A stretch of 63,333 bases of DNA, the filler included, from Reclinomonas americana ATCC 50394 (Eukaryota): the NCBI GenBank assembly GCA_048213135.1. It is 20 parts of 20 records of this genome, joined end to end, with 100 filler letters (N's around TTAATTAATTAA, not from the genome) between each part and the next. Parts side by side here need not be neighbours in the genome. Positions count along the whole stretch, not along the records: positions 44,734 to 48,366 come from AFZH01020614.1; positions 48,467 to 52,570 come from AFZH01020615.1; positions 52,671 to 55,005 come from AFZH01020616.1; positions 55,106 to 56,818 come from AFZH01020617.1; positions 56,919 to 58,276 come from AFZH01020618.1; 15 more parts are not named here. The stretch is one strand, 5' to 3'. The translations under genes were made by a program, and so were the position numbers. Positions 46,909-58,376 of this stretch are shown piece by piece. The notes below the pieces were generated by a model. It was not told the DNA's origin. It searched no databases and worked only from the letters and a program-made list of their open reading frames with translations. Within the stretch, counting starts at the first letter, position 1; every line of letters starts with the position of its first letter.

Positions 46909-48357
46909 ATGGATCCGCGGGCTTCGCCACTGTCGCCGGCGCAAGTGTTTGGTGGTGGCGTGGACACAGGCTCCTGGGCTGATGAGAGTTTCGCGCGTGC
47001 CTGCCTTCTCACTCTCTTCTTTTTCTGTCTTGCACGCACGTGTGTGTGCGCGTCTCTGCTGGTCAAGCGTGCTGCATCGTCGCCTTCTGTGTTCTCTGTC
47101 TCGCTGTGTCGCCAAAAGTGGGTGTGTGACATTGTGTGATGGCGCGCGCGCGCAGGTTTCGACACATGGTCGGGCGATGGGCACAGTTGCGTCTGTTGCC
47201 TCTCTGTCAACAAGTGCGCTTGAAGCCAGCGCATTTGGCCATTGACTTGCATGTGTGTGTGTGTGTGTGCAAAAAAGGTATCGAGGATCACCCGTATGCT
47301 CGACCGCGCAAGACGCGATACTCGGGAAGCTGGGCCGATGAAGTCGAAGCCGACATTGGTCCGTGAGAGAGTGCGGGGGAGAGCGATGCATGGGATACTC
47401 TCCTTTTGTGCTCATCTGTGTGCCAGGCAATCTCGAGGACTTGTCTTCGCCGGGGCAGGATGATGAGATGCCGCTGCAGCATGTGTGGACGCTGTGGTTT
47501 GATCAGCAGCAGCATCGTGGCATGTCACAGCAGGAGTACGCGCAGGAGCTGGAGAGGTTTCTGTCGGCGCTCTCTTGTTCGCCAGCTCCACGGTGACATC
47601 GCCTCATATCGCCCCGTTCTCTGGCAGAATTGGATCGTTTTCCACCATCTCCGAATTCTGGCGCTACTGGAGTCAGCTGGATGTGGCCGAGCTGCCGTAC
47701 CTGTCCAACTTTCGTGTGTTCAAGTCCGACATTCATCCCTCGTGGGAGGACCCGCAGAACGCCAACGGAGGCCGATGGGTCTGCGTGTGTTTCCGACCGA
47801 TCTCTCATCTCGCAAATAAGAGAGTTGACCCTGTTCCCGCAATGCTGGGCAGATCCTGAAACTTCCGCGTCACCTGCGCGGCGTCGTATGGGAGAAGGCC
47901 ATTATGGGCATGGTGGCGGAGGGATTCCAGAGCGTGCAGGACTTGGTGAGGGGAGCAAGACCACTTCCAACTTGGTCGCATGGGACTTATTGTGTTCTTC
48001 CCTCGTTAGTGTGGTGTGGTGTTCTCTTGCCGTGCACACTTGGACTTTGTGGCGTTCTGGAGCGCCTCGGTGGCCGCGCCGGATGTTGCGCATGCATTTG
48101 CGCGTGAGATTATTACGTATCTCGGTCTCGACTCGCTGCAGTACCAGATTGAGTACCAGACGCACGCAGTTGCGTCGTGCAATTCTATCACTCGTTTTAA
48201 AAGCACACAAACTGAGTTGGCTGACGTCGTTTTCTGTCACAGGATGCCAAGGCCAACGTGGGAACCACCAACCCCCCGGCCACGAAGAAGGCCCTGGAGG
48301 TGGCCCCGATTGCGGAACCGGGCTGGGAAGTGCAGCGTCCACGTCACCAGGAAAAGG
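46909..48357 (+). CDS. eIF4E-family cap-binding protein with N- and C-terminal extensions
   Basis: MPLQHVWTLWFD, IGSFSTISEFWRYW, FKSDIHPSWEDPQNANGGRW, CGVVFSCR and YQTHA|D. The frame is still open at the gap. Confidence 0.92.
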
Positions 48358-48466
48358 TGTGGATTGNNNNNNNNNNNNNNNNNNNNNNNNNNNNNNNNNN
48401 NNNNNNNNNNTTAATTAATTAANNNNNNNNNNNNNNNNNNNNNNNNNNNNNNNNNNNNNNNNNNNN

Positions 48467-51067
48467 GAGGGCGCCGTTGAGAAGAAGAAGCCGGCGTGGA
48501 GCACGCCGCCGCTCATTGAGCCAGCGACGACAAGCACTGCTGTGACGGCACCGCCACCACACCTGACTGCGCCGGCGCCGCCCGCACAGCTACCACAGAC
48601 GCAACCGCAACCTCCTGCTGTAGTCATGAATGTGCCGGTTCCACCGACTGCATCGGATGCGCAGCGTCCACCACAGCCTCCTCGCCGTGCTCCTGATGAA
48701 CGCACTCAGAATCCGTCATCCGCCAAGGACGCTGGAGGCAGTGGCGAAAAGAGGCCACCGTCCACTCGTCGACGACACGAAGGAGGTGAGGGAAATGCGC
48801 CGGCGGGAGGAGGCGAAGGCCGCAGCCGAGCTGGCAGTGGCAGTGGCAGTGGCGGTGGTGGCGGCACGGCACAGCCAGCGAACGATAATGCACGTAAGAA
48901 GCAGTCTGGCCGAGGCCCGAATAGGAGCCGCGGCAACAGCATTGAGAAGCGCGCTGCGTCACCGGAGAGCCACTCGTCGGAGGCCAGTCGCGCCTCCACT
49001 CACTCGGGTTCGGCCAGCACCGCGAACAGTGCTTCGACAGGCACGTCGGCGTCTGCACCCGCGCCGACAAAGAGGTTTGTTTGCATCGCATTCCTGCTTG
49101 TTGGTCTTTCGCTGCTCGGTATCTCACTATCGCTTGGCAGTGGCAGCTCCAAGTGCGTATTGACAATGCGAGAGAGTGCGACCGCGTGTAACTAACTCAC
49201 CGATGTTTGTTTCGGCAGATCCCTCAATGCACCTACACCGACCGCATCAGATCGCAAGCCGTCGCCTTCTCGCCCCGCAGGAGCGCCGGGGGCTGCGGCT
49301 GCGGAATCTGGGGGCCACGGCAGTGCGTGATTGCTTGCACCATCGCTTTTCATCCTGCTTCATGGCCTGACTGTGTCCATTTCGCTAGGTGGTGGACGGA
49401 AACGCAGCAATAGTCGCCGGAAAGACAACACGACATCGACCGACCCGTCACCGCGCAGTTGCGAAGCAGACATAGACGCAAGGAGGTAGACATGGCGATC
49501 TGAGTTCGTATCTTTTCGTGGGTCTACCCTGCAGCGTCGACGTCTCCAATGCGGTCGTCGGCCCCGGGAAGACGGCGGTCGAACAGTGGCAAGAAGAAGA
49601 CCACCGAAACAGTCGTTACCACCACGCTCGTGACCACTGACAAGCAGGTGTCGGCCGATGGTGTCGTCACGGAGGTGCACCACCATCATCACCATCACCA
49701 CCACCATCACCACCACGTGGTTGTGAGCCCAGGCACGTCACCGTCGCTTGATGCACATTCGGCCTCGAGTGCCGAGCATGTACCGGCATTGACTGCCGAG
49801 CAAATCGGCGGATTGGAGGATCTCATTAGTGGTGCGTCACCGCGCGCCATCGCTCCCCTTCTTGTCATGTTATTTCACCCTGTTCTTCTTCCTCTTCTTC
49901 TTCTTCTTCTTCTCGTCGTGCAGGTGCCACAGACGACAAGAAACAGAAACCGAGGTCGCGCCGGCAGAGTGGTGGGGAGCGCAAGTTGCCAAAGCCGGAG
50001 GGCTTGAGCATTCCTGTGCCAGCAACCAATGCGTCTTCCGTGGCTCCGGCAGGCGGCAATGCGCCTGTGGGTGCCACGGAGACGACACAGAAGAATCGCT
50101 CACGACGCAACAGCAGCAAGAAGGGTGGGGCGGACGCGGCCGCCGATTCCACGGCAGTGACAGCCACAGCGCCGCAGTCAGCGCCCTCGTCTGCACCTCC
50201 CACTGGCGCCAGTGCTGCGGCGGAGGATGCCGAAGCAGCGGCAGCTAGTCGACGCAAGCGAAGTGCCAAGCCCAGCGACAAAGTGTTGCGTTGATTCACA
50301 CTTTTTCAGTGGCATGTGAGGTGTGACGGACTGACCGATCACGCAGTTCGGAGTGGACAAGTACGGGCGACGAATCGCACGCCGTTCCATTCACTGTCGA
50401 CGCCACATCGCTGAGCAGTTGCGTGTGTTTTGTGTGTGTGTGTGCGCGTGCGCGTGTATTTGGATGGCTATTGACTGAGTTGCGCACAGAGCTTCCGCCT
50501 TCTACGGCTGCTGTGTTGGCGTTGCGCGCTGGCATACAAGGTTCCGGTGCCGCGGCTCCACAGCCGATGTCCGCCTCTCAGTCCTCGGCAGCTCCGCCTC
50601 CACAGCCTTCTTCTGCAGCACCACCGGCAACAGCTTCTCGTGGGCCATCGTCTGACGCCACCGAGTCGCAAGTTATGAAGCGAAAAGTCAGCAGCAAGCC
50701 GAAGGTGCGTCGTGTGTGCTGTGGCGTGACACGAAGCATTGTTGCATCTGCTGACCTGTTGGCGGAGCAGGCACCAAAGGCCGCAGGCGCCAGTGGCTCC
50801 TCGTCGGGCTCCACCAACGGCACAGAACAACACGGTCACGACTCGGACTCGGATGTGGAGGTTGTCGAGAGCGTGGTGGACGAGCTCAACATGGGCGAGA
50901 AGGTGATCTCTGACCGACAGTGTTGTTGTGTGTGCACGGGTCCACCTGACACCGCGCCATTGCAGGTGTCACTGAATATCCTCAAGGCATCGATTGTGTT
51001 GCTGATCGTCGGTCTACTGTACCTGCTGCTCACTAGCGGACAGTCGCGGTCACGACTGCGCTCTTGA
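48467..51067 (+). CDS. Long S/A/P/R-rich low-complexity region with poly-His and a C-terminal transmembrane helix; probably the continuation of the eIF4E-family gene
   Basis: Exon chain is open from the segment start to ILKASIVLLIVGLLYLLLTSGQSRSRLRS*. AATAAA at 51111-51116. Confidence 0.7.
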
Positions 51068-51226
51068 AGTGGCGGCGGACTGGGGCACGATTGGTCCGTG
51101 ACTGTGTTGCAATAAAAATGAAGCGCTCAATACAATCCACTGTTTCACTGTCGCGACTCCGAGCGCCATTGTGGCCCATCGGTCGCGCGTCAGCAACAGG
51201 ATCGAAAAAAGATACGATAAAACAGT

Positions 51227-53279
51227 TCATCTCCTCCTAGCCGATAACCGGGGGCTGACAGACGTGCGTCGCATCGCAGGCGACGACGACCGACGACCGG
51301 ACAGTGGTGGCATCTCAAAGTCGAGCGTCTGCTCGGGACCGTGAGCGCGTGTACGCTACCAGCGCAAGAAAACTTGCGGGGGGAGACGCAACTCGAAGCA
51401 GCAGATCAATGTCGGTGACGAGTGCACGCAAGCGAGACACTTGAACGCCATGCACCGTCTTGTCTTGGTCCACCGACTGCAAAAGTCGGACGAGGCGCGC
51501 GCGAAAGTCGACCAGCTGTGCAGCGTGCGAAGAACAAGAGTTGGGATGATCACCCACCACACTGACTGTTTTTTGCAAGTACCTTGCGAATGTTGGACTT
51601 TTGCGTGGCCAGCACCTTGCGAATGTCGGCATTCTCCTCCGACAGCTGGCGCAGCTCTTCTCCAAGCAGCTTGTTGGCCTGCAATATCACCAGTAAGGCA
51701 TACATGCAGAGAAGCAAAAGAAACGCGTGCGACGTGACAAGAACCTTTTCCAGTCGCGAGACGTGTTCCTCCACGTTCCGATTGACGCTTCGCGAGCGAC
51801 CACGACGCTTTCTGTGTCATCGCCAGTCGTGAGACCTCTTTCACGCAGATGAAAAAATCGTGTCTCATGGTCACTCACCGACGACAACCAGCGCGTCCTG
51901 AACCAGAGATAGCGGGCACTCGAATGGAGGGCACTCCGTCGTCGAGACCGCTGCCACTGCCGGGCACGTGTGCCTCGGCGAGTGGCGGTGAGCGAGAGCG
52001 TGACTGAGTGCGTCCTGCACGCTCGGTCTTGCGAGAAGCAGGCTTGGTGGGCGGTTGTGCAGGCACCGACCGTCCAGTGGACGGGCGTCGATGTGCAGTT
52101 GGCGGTCGTGCTGACAGTGGCTTGCGCTCGCGATCTGCCGACACTGATCGACGAGAACGCCGAGTGGATGCTGACTGAGACGAGGGTGCGGTCGTCGAGC
52201 GGGACTGGGACGAAGGCAGCGGGCTGGGCGACGATCGCTGTCTCCGATGGCCAGGTCGACCGGTGCGGGCGTACGGGGAGCGCCGGCCCTCAACGGGAAC
52301 GGTGTGTGCCAGACGCGCCGCCGACTGCAGCTGGTCCACGGTGGCCGCGATTTCGCGGTACAGATCCGCCGCGTTCTCCTGATCGCCGTCACTGGTGGTG
52401 TACCGATGCATACTGCATGTGCAGACACACAGATGCCGAAGCGTAAGTCACAACACACTGCAACACGATCCACCCGCAAACACGCACTCTCGCGACAGCA
52501 GGTCCGAGTCGGTGCCCGTCGGATCTGAAACCACGAACGAGTTGGACAGCTGGACGGCGGCACGTAGATCNNNNNNNNNNNNNNNNNNNNNNNNNNNNNN
52601 NNNNNNNNNNNNNNTTAATTAATTAANNNNNNNNNNNNNNNNNNNNNNNNNNNNNNNNNNNNNNNNNNNNACACAGTCAGTGGCACGCACAGTCAGTCAG
52701 TCAGTGCCTCCACGGCAGAGAGAGAGAGAGAGGGAGGGGACACAACTGTGTGGCTGGAGCAAAGCTAGTCGGTCGTCGCTGTTGTTGCTGCTGGTGCTGT
52801 TGTTGAGTGGCAGTAAAGATTGTCTGTGCTGCGCTCTCACTGCCTCCACTCTCCGACAGAGAGATGGCGACACCGAGCTTGGCAGAGAGCTCCTTGACGC
52901 GTTGCCGCAGCACGTCGATCTTTTTTTCAAAGTGAGACAAGTGAGAGATTGACAGGAGAGTGTCCAGCCAGGGGAGATACCTCTCTCATGCGCTCCTCGC
53001 GTTCCTCAGACGGCAGCTCCGAGAGCGCACTGCTCAGCGATGAGCTGTAGCCGCCGCCAATGCCCTGCCCGAAACGAGCATTATTCTCTCGCACAATGCA
53101 TGAATAATCGCACGATCACACACACTAACCGTTGCTCCACCTCCTCCCCCTCCTGCTTGTGCTGCTCCTCCTGTCTGTGGTGCACCACGCGGATTGGCGA
53201 GTCCATCACGAAAGAAGTTGAGAAAGCCGGCCACGTCAGTGTCGGAGAGCGAAGAGAGACTGTGTCGCCTCTCTGTCAT
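51227..53279 (-). CDS. Hypothetical coiled-coil/low-complexity protein, multi-exon, spans a gap
   Basis: MTERRHSLSSLSDTDVAGFLNFFRDG; IDVLRQRVKELSAKL; ANKLLGEELRQLSEENADIRKVL; LVDFRARLVRLLQSV. GT-AG introns keep the frame. Confidence 0.55.
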
Positions 53280-53671
53280 ATTTTTCGATTTCACAGCAAC
53301 GACCGTTACAGACGCCTGTTCCGTAAAAACAGACTTGAGTCTTCCCGTCTACGCCCCATTCTGTTGTCCTCTGTGCCGCGCTCGTTGTTCGTGTTCCTCG
53401 CTTATGCCTGCTCTAGATCTCGTGTCCCAGACAGTTCTGATTTTCTGTTCCCCCACACTTGTGTGTCACTTGACTTGGATACGAGTGAGGCCAACAATTC
53501 CCTTTCTGAGTGCATTCGAGCGCTGGCCTCGTAGACTCACAGTTTCTCGCGTTTCCACATACCTTGTATGCCAACTTATTCATGTGCAACTGCGCACATT
53601 TATACACAAACTCACCAAACACAAAAAATGATATCTCTCTCTCTCACACACACACACGCTCTGTTCGTTGT

Positions 53672-54909
53672 CTACGAGTAGAAGTTGTTGCGGTTGGAGC
53701 TGCCGATCCGACGCGACAACTCGTTACTGAAGTGCCAGTTGCCGAGCAGATCCTCCAGTCGAATGTGCATGCGATACTTCCAGTAGTGGTACCGATTCGC
53801 TGGGTTGTTGATCTGCTCGCTCTGTGGCGATGGGTGGCGCAGACGTTCGTCACACGCCAGCAGGTCTTGCAGCGGGAAAATGGCCCACATGGACGGCGAC
53901 TGCAAGTGCTGCATGAGAACTCGCTCGGCGACCCACGTCTCGCAGAAGAAGGGCGCGTCGCCGGGGAAACCGAGAATCGAGTTGAAGTAGCGCTGTGACC
54001 GCGCACGATCCTCCTCCCACCACGCTCGCAGTGGCGACGTGTCGTGACTGGAGGTGGTGGCCACTGTGCGGTACGGGTACGTCCACGGCTCGTCGAACTC
54101 CTTCTTGGCGTCGGCCGGCATGCGTTGCACACGCAGACCGAGAATGCCCAAGTCGCTCAGTACCGGAGCGACGCACTTGGGTACCAAGCCGAGATCTTCG
54201 GCGCACACCAGCATCTCTGCAATGAAACAATAAAACAGTGAGCAACAATCACACGCACCACCAAGCTGCTGCAACAAACAACAAAAAAAAACGCAACTGG
54301 AGGCGCGGCGCATCATTGACGTGCGCTCGAATCCCACCTGACCCCACAGATCCTCTTGTCGCTCGAAAAAGTACGAGATACACAGACGGTACAACTCGCG
54401 CTTCCAGTCGGCCGACAGCTCTCCGTACTTGGCGGTCTTCCACAGGGCAAAGCGCGGGTAGAATGCATCGCGGTTTTCGCGATCCTTGTACAGGCACACG
54501 TTGTTGAACACGTTGACGTAGATGCAGCGGCAGGTCTCCGGTGAGAGGCCACTCTTCTCCACAGCACGCTCCGTGCTGAACTCGGGCTTCAGGAATAGCA
54601 CTGTGGCATCGTGCTCCACAAACAGTGGTGGCGCGGCGCCGGCAGACGAAGACGAAGAGGACGATGAAGCCGAACCATCGGCACTGCCAGCTGCGGCTGC
54701 GGCGGCGTCGGAAGCAGACGAGCCACCGGCAGCTGACGACGATGAGGAAGAGGTGGTCGAGGCCGGCGGTGCCACAAACAAGAGATCCCGCACCACAGCG
54801 GCCTCCGTGTCGCCCAACAGGTGTCGCAAGAGGCCAAGTCGAATCGAGGGCACTGCACGCACAAAACATGAGAGAATGCACCGTGAGTTATCGGGCCAGG
54901 ACCAAGAGC

Positions 54910-55004
<95 letters not shown>

Positions 55005-56324
55005 CNNNNNNNNNNNNNNNNNNNNNNNNNNNNNNNNNNNNNNNNNNNNTTAATTAATTAANNNNNNNNNNNNNNNNNNNNNNNNNNNNNNNNNNNNNNN
55101 NNNNNAATGGCGGAGCCGGCGCCGCGGAACGTCAGCGCGCCGAGGTTGTTGGGGAAGCGGAAAGGCGTGGTCTGCATGGCGATCTTGCGGCACGGCGCGC
55201 CGCCACCGGGAGCCGCCAAGTCCGCGTCCAGCACGCGATCCTCGCCGGCCTCCCACATGCGCTCACGACCCTCGTTATCGATCAGCACAAACTTGTATCG
55301 CACCGGCAGCTCATCGCGCGCCACCTGGAAGCGCGTGGTCCACTGGAACACCGCCGCGGCGTCCGCCTGCTGCTCACACACCATCGGTACTGCACGAGCG
55401 AGATCCCACTCGCCGAGTGCCCGCGACGAGCCGATCAGCACCACCGAATCGGTGGGTGCCACGCGCCACGCCTCCACGCGCACCTCGACCTCGGTGACAC
55501 TCGGATCCCAGTCGGCCGACGGCACATCGGCCAGCGACGGTCTCAGCGGCACCGCGTCGGCCTCGCGTCGGAAGAGCACTCCTCGGAAGGCCGCACTCGA
55601 CACAATGCCCTGATCGACACTTGCCGCCGCTCGCCACAGATCCACGCTGCCCAAATGAAGCAACCGATCGTGCTCTGCGCTGTGCAGCAGCGGAAGCACA
55701 AGTTCTCTGCGCAGACACGACGACGACATCAGTGCGACATGTCGCTCACAAAACGAACTTGCACTTCAACGTTGCGGGTAGTGCGATGCGTGAGGAGACC
55801 AGAGAATGCGTGTGTGTCGCGCGGGAAAGAAGGGGATGGGAAGAGAGAGCGAGTGGAAGATTGCATGAGCGGCTCTCTGCATCACAAAAGTGCGAGAGGC
55901 GCACACAAAGGCAAACAGAGCAGTCTGTGTGCGTGTGTCTGTGTGTGTACACAAGAGCAAAGACAAGTCACTCACCGCACACCGGTCTCGGCCTTGATCG
56001 AGTTGGAGATGTGTGGGTTGTACACAACGTATTTGAAGCGCAACAGTGCCGACGAGTGGCGATGCTTGTCGTCGGCGATCGAAGTCAGTCGCGCTGTGCC
56101 CTCCCAGCACCCGTCGCGGTATCGCAGTTGGAAGCCGTTGGTGTGCTCCCAAGAGCCAAGCGACTCCTGCGTGTGTGTGCGAGAAGGAGAGAGAGAGAGA
56201 GTGAGTGCATGATTGACTAATGCGGTGGTGGTGTGGAGCGGCACGCAACATCACTGCCGACGACAAAGCACAGCTCGCCAAAGGCCGCTGGCACCTCGCT
56301 CACACGAAAGCTGACGCGAACCAT
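53672..56324 (-). CDS. DPE2: 4-alpha-glucanotransferase DPE2 (two CBM20 + GH77), middle missing in the gap
   Basis: CBM20 motifs VVGSD|ESLGSW...FKYVV and LIGSSRALGEWD...RYKFV...WEAGEDR; FRGAGSAI; MLVCAEDLGLVP, GLRVQRMP, SSHDTSPLRAWWEED and INNPANRYHYWKYRMH. Confidence 0.95.
54913..55003. repeat. (CA)n microsatellite in a DPE2 intron
   Basis: Directly visible. Confidence 0.95.
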
Positions 56325-56932
56325 CACGAAGAGGGAGAGAGAGAGCAGGTTGCTTCTGCTCTTGAGTTGCGTGAAATTGGTTGAATGACGGAGAGTCGCT
56401 GCAGCAGTTGTCAATGTCGAGATTGGCGAATCCCGGAATCTGTCACTCTCTCTCTTTTGTAGTCGCTCTGGCTCTTGTTTGAGTCAAGAGGATCGTAGGC
56501 AGGGAGAGTGTGGGGTTTGCGGAGTGAGGGGCGACCGGGAAACGTCAAGTGTTGCAGTTGGAGGTGAGTGCTGCAGTCGACTTTTTTTTCTTGTTTTTTT
56601 GGTGCAGTGCGTGCCGCATACGATCACACACACACACACACTCTCTCTCTCTTTCCTTCAACGGGAGCCACAGGAATGACAGCAACAAGAGCGATTGCTG
56701 CGGTACAAGTCATGCACTGTCATGCACTGTCATGCATGCACTGTCATGCATGCACGGTGCACCGATCTTGTCATGTTTGCGTGCGATTGCCTTTTGTCAC
56801 CGAACTCACACACACACANNNNNNNNNNNNNNNNNNNNNNNNNNNNNNNNNNNNNNNNNNNNTTAATTAATTAANNNNNNNNNNNNNNNNNNNNNNNNNN
56901 NNNNNNNNNNNNNNNNNNCTTTCGTTCTACCG

Positions 56933-56990
<58 letters not shown>

Positions 56991-57262
56991 AACACACACA
57001 CACACACGCACACACACACACACGCACACACACAACTCACACATACACAACGCACTTGCGCACACACAGTCTCAGACGATAGCCTCATCGGGTGCGTTTG
57101 CAAGAGAGAGTGCTTGCAGAGTACTTTGTGCAACTCCACAGAGTCAACAAGCCAACAAGTGTGAAGCAGGGCACAAAGTGAGAGAGGCACCTCACAATGA
57201 TCATGCGTTGTGCGTGGGGTTTGTTGCTTCACGCAGGACTCACAAGCGTGTGTGTGTGCGTG

Positions 57263-57295
<33 letters not shown>

Positions 57296-57869
57296 GTGTG
57301 TGTTGGACAGTCGCTCGCTCGCTGTTGATTGTCCACTCTCACATAATTCGCAAGGTCGTGCGCGTTGATTGGTGAGTCCCCACACTCTCTCGACGGTCGT
57401 CCTAGCGTGTGTGGTGTCTTTCTGGCACGCAGGACTATTCATTTCTGGAGAAGAGTGTCGGCTAGTGTGTCCGTGTATGGTGGTGTGCATGGCATGTGCA
57501 TGTGCGGTACACACACGCACACTCCCGCTCCTGTGCACAGTGTTCATGTCGTGTTTCACGAGTGCTGGTGTATATGCACACGCTTTGGCTTCTTTGTCTC
57601 GCACAAGCTCCTCTTTGCGTGTGTGTGGAGTGTGTCGTGAGTGGGAGCCACATGTGGACTCGTCTTGGCGGCCACGCCCATTCTCTGCGATTTCTTCACC
57701 GTCTCCACTCGTGCACGACGTGTGTGCTTCTTGAGAAAAGAGGGGGGGGGGCTGGCCTCCAGAGTTGGGGCAGAGAGAAAAGCGCGGGCTGTGTGGGCAT
57801 CGACATGACCATCACACAGTGCCCCTCACCACCTCTCCACCCTCCCCCATCCTGCCACACAGATCAGGA

Positions 57870-58276
57870 ATGTCCGGACACGAGGAACAGGCAGTCGTCT
57901 ACGCCGCTCTGATGCTGGCTGATGATGGAGTCGCCGTGACTGTTGCGTCTTCTTCACTGCACACACGCACACAGTCTACACAACACGCACGAGACGGGGC
58001 TTGTTTGTGACGGCGTGGTTGTTGTTGGATTCGTCACGAGACCTGATTTGGTGCCCTCTACACACACACAGCCCGACAAGCTGAAGGCTGTGCTCGATGC
58101 GGCTGGCATCAAGGTGCAGGCTTTCTGGCTCTCGGTGATCTCAAAGTACTTTGACGGCAAGAACGTGGGTGACCTGGTCGGCGGTGTCGCCGGTGAGTGA
58201 CGTGCAGCACATAAGAGTGAGAGCGATGAGTAGTTGCTAATGTTCGTGTTCTCTTTTCTCTTTTACAGCCGCACCA
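57870..58276 (+). CDS. RPLP1: 60S acidic ribosomal protein P1, 3'-partial (exons 57870-57941, 58072-58192, 58269-)
   Basis: MSGHEEQAVVYAALMLADDGVAVT|PDKLKAVLDAAGIKVQAFWLSVISKYFDGKNVGDLV. Confidence 0.92.
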
Positions 58277-58376
58277 NNNNNNNNNNNNNNNNNNNNNNNN
58301 NNNNNNNNNNNNNNNNNNNNTTAATTAATTAANNNNNNNNNNNNNNNNNNNNNNNNNNNNNNNNNNNNNNNNNNNN

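Noticed and set aside
57942..57948. Reading the G-TTGCGT sites as non-canonical TT-AG introns
   Set aside because: Frame and conserved motifs (RPLP1, HPP, HGSNAT, DPE2) require cleavage before the G. The introns are GT-AG with a shifted consensus.
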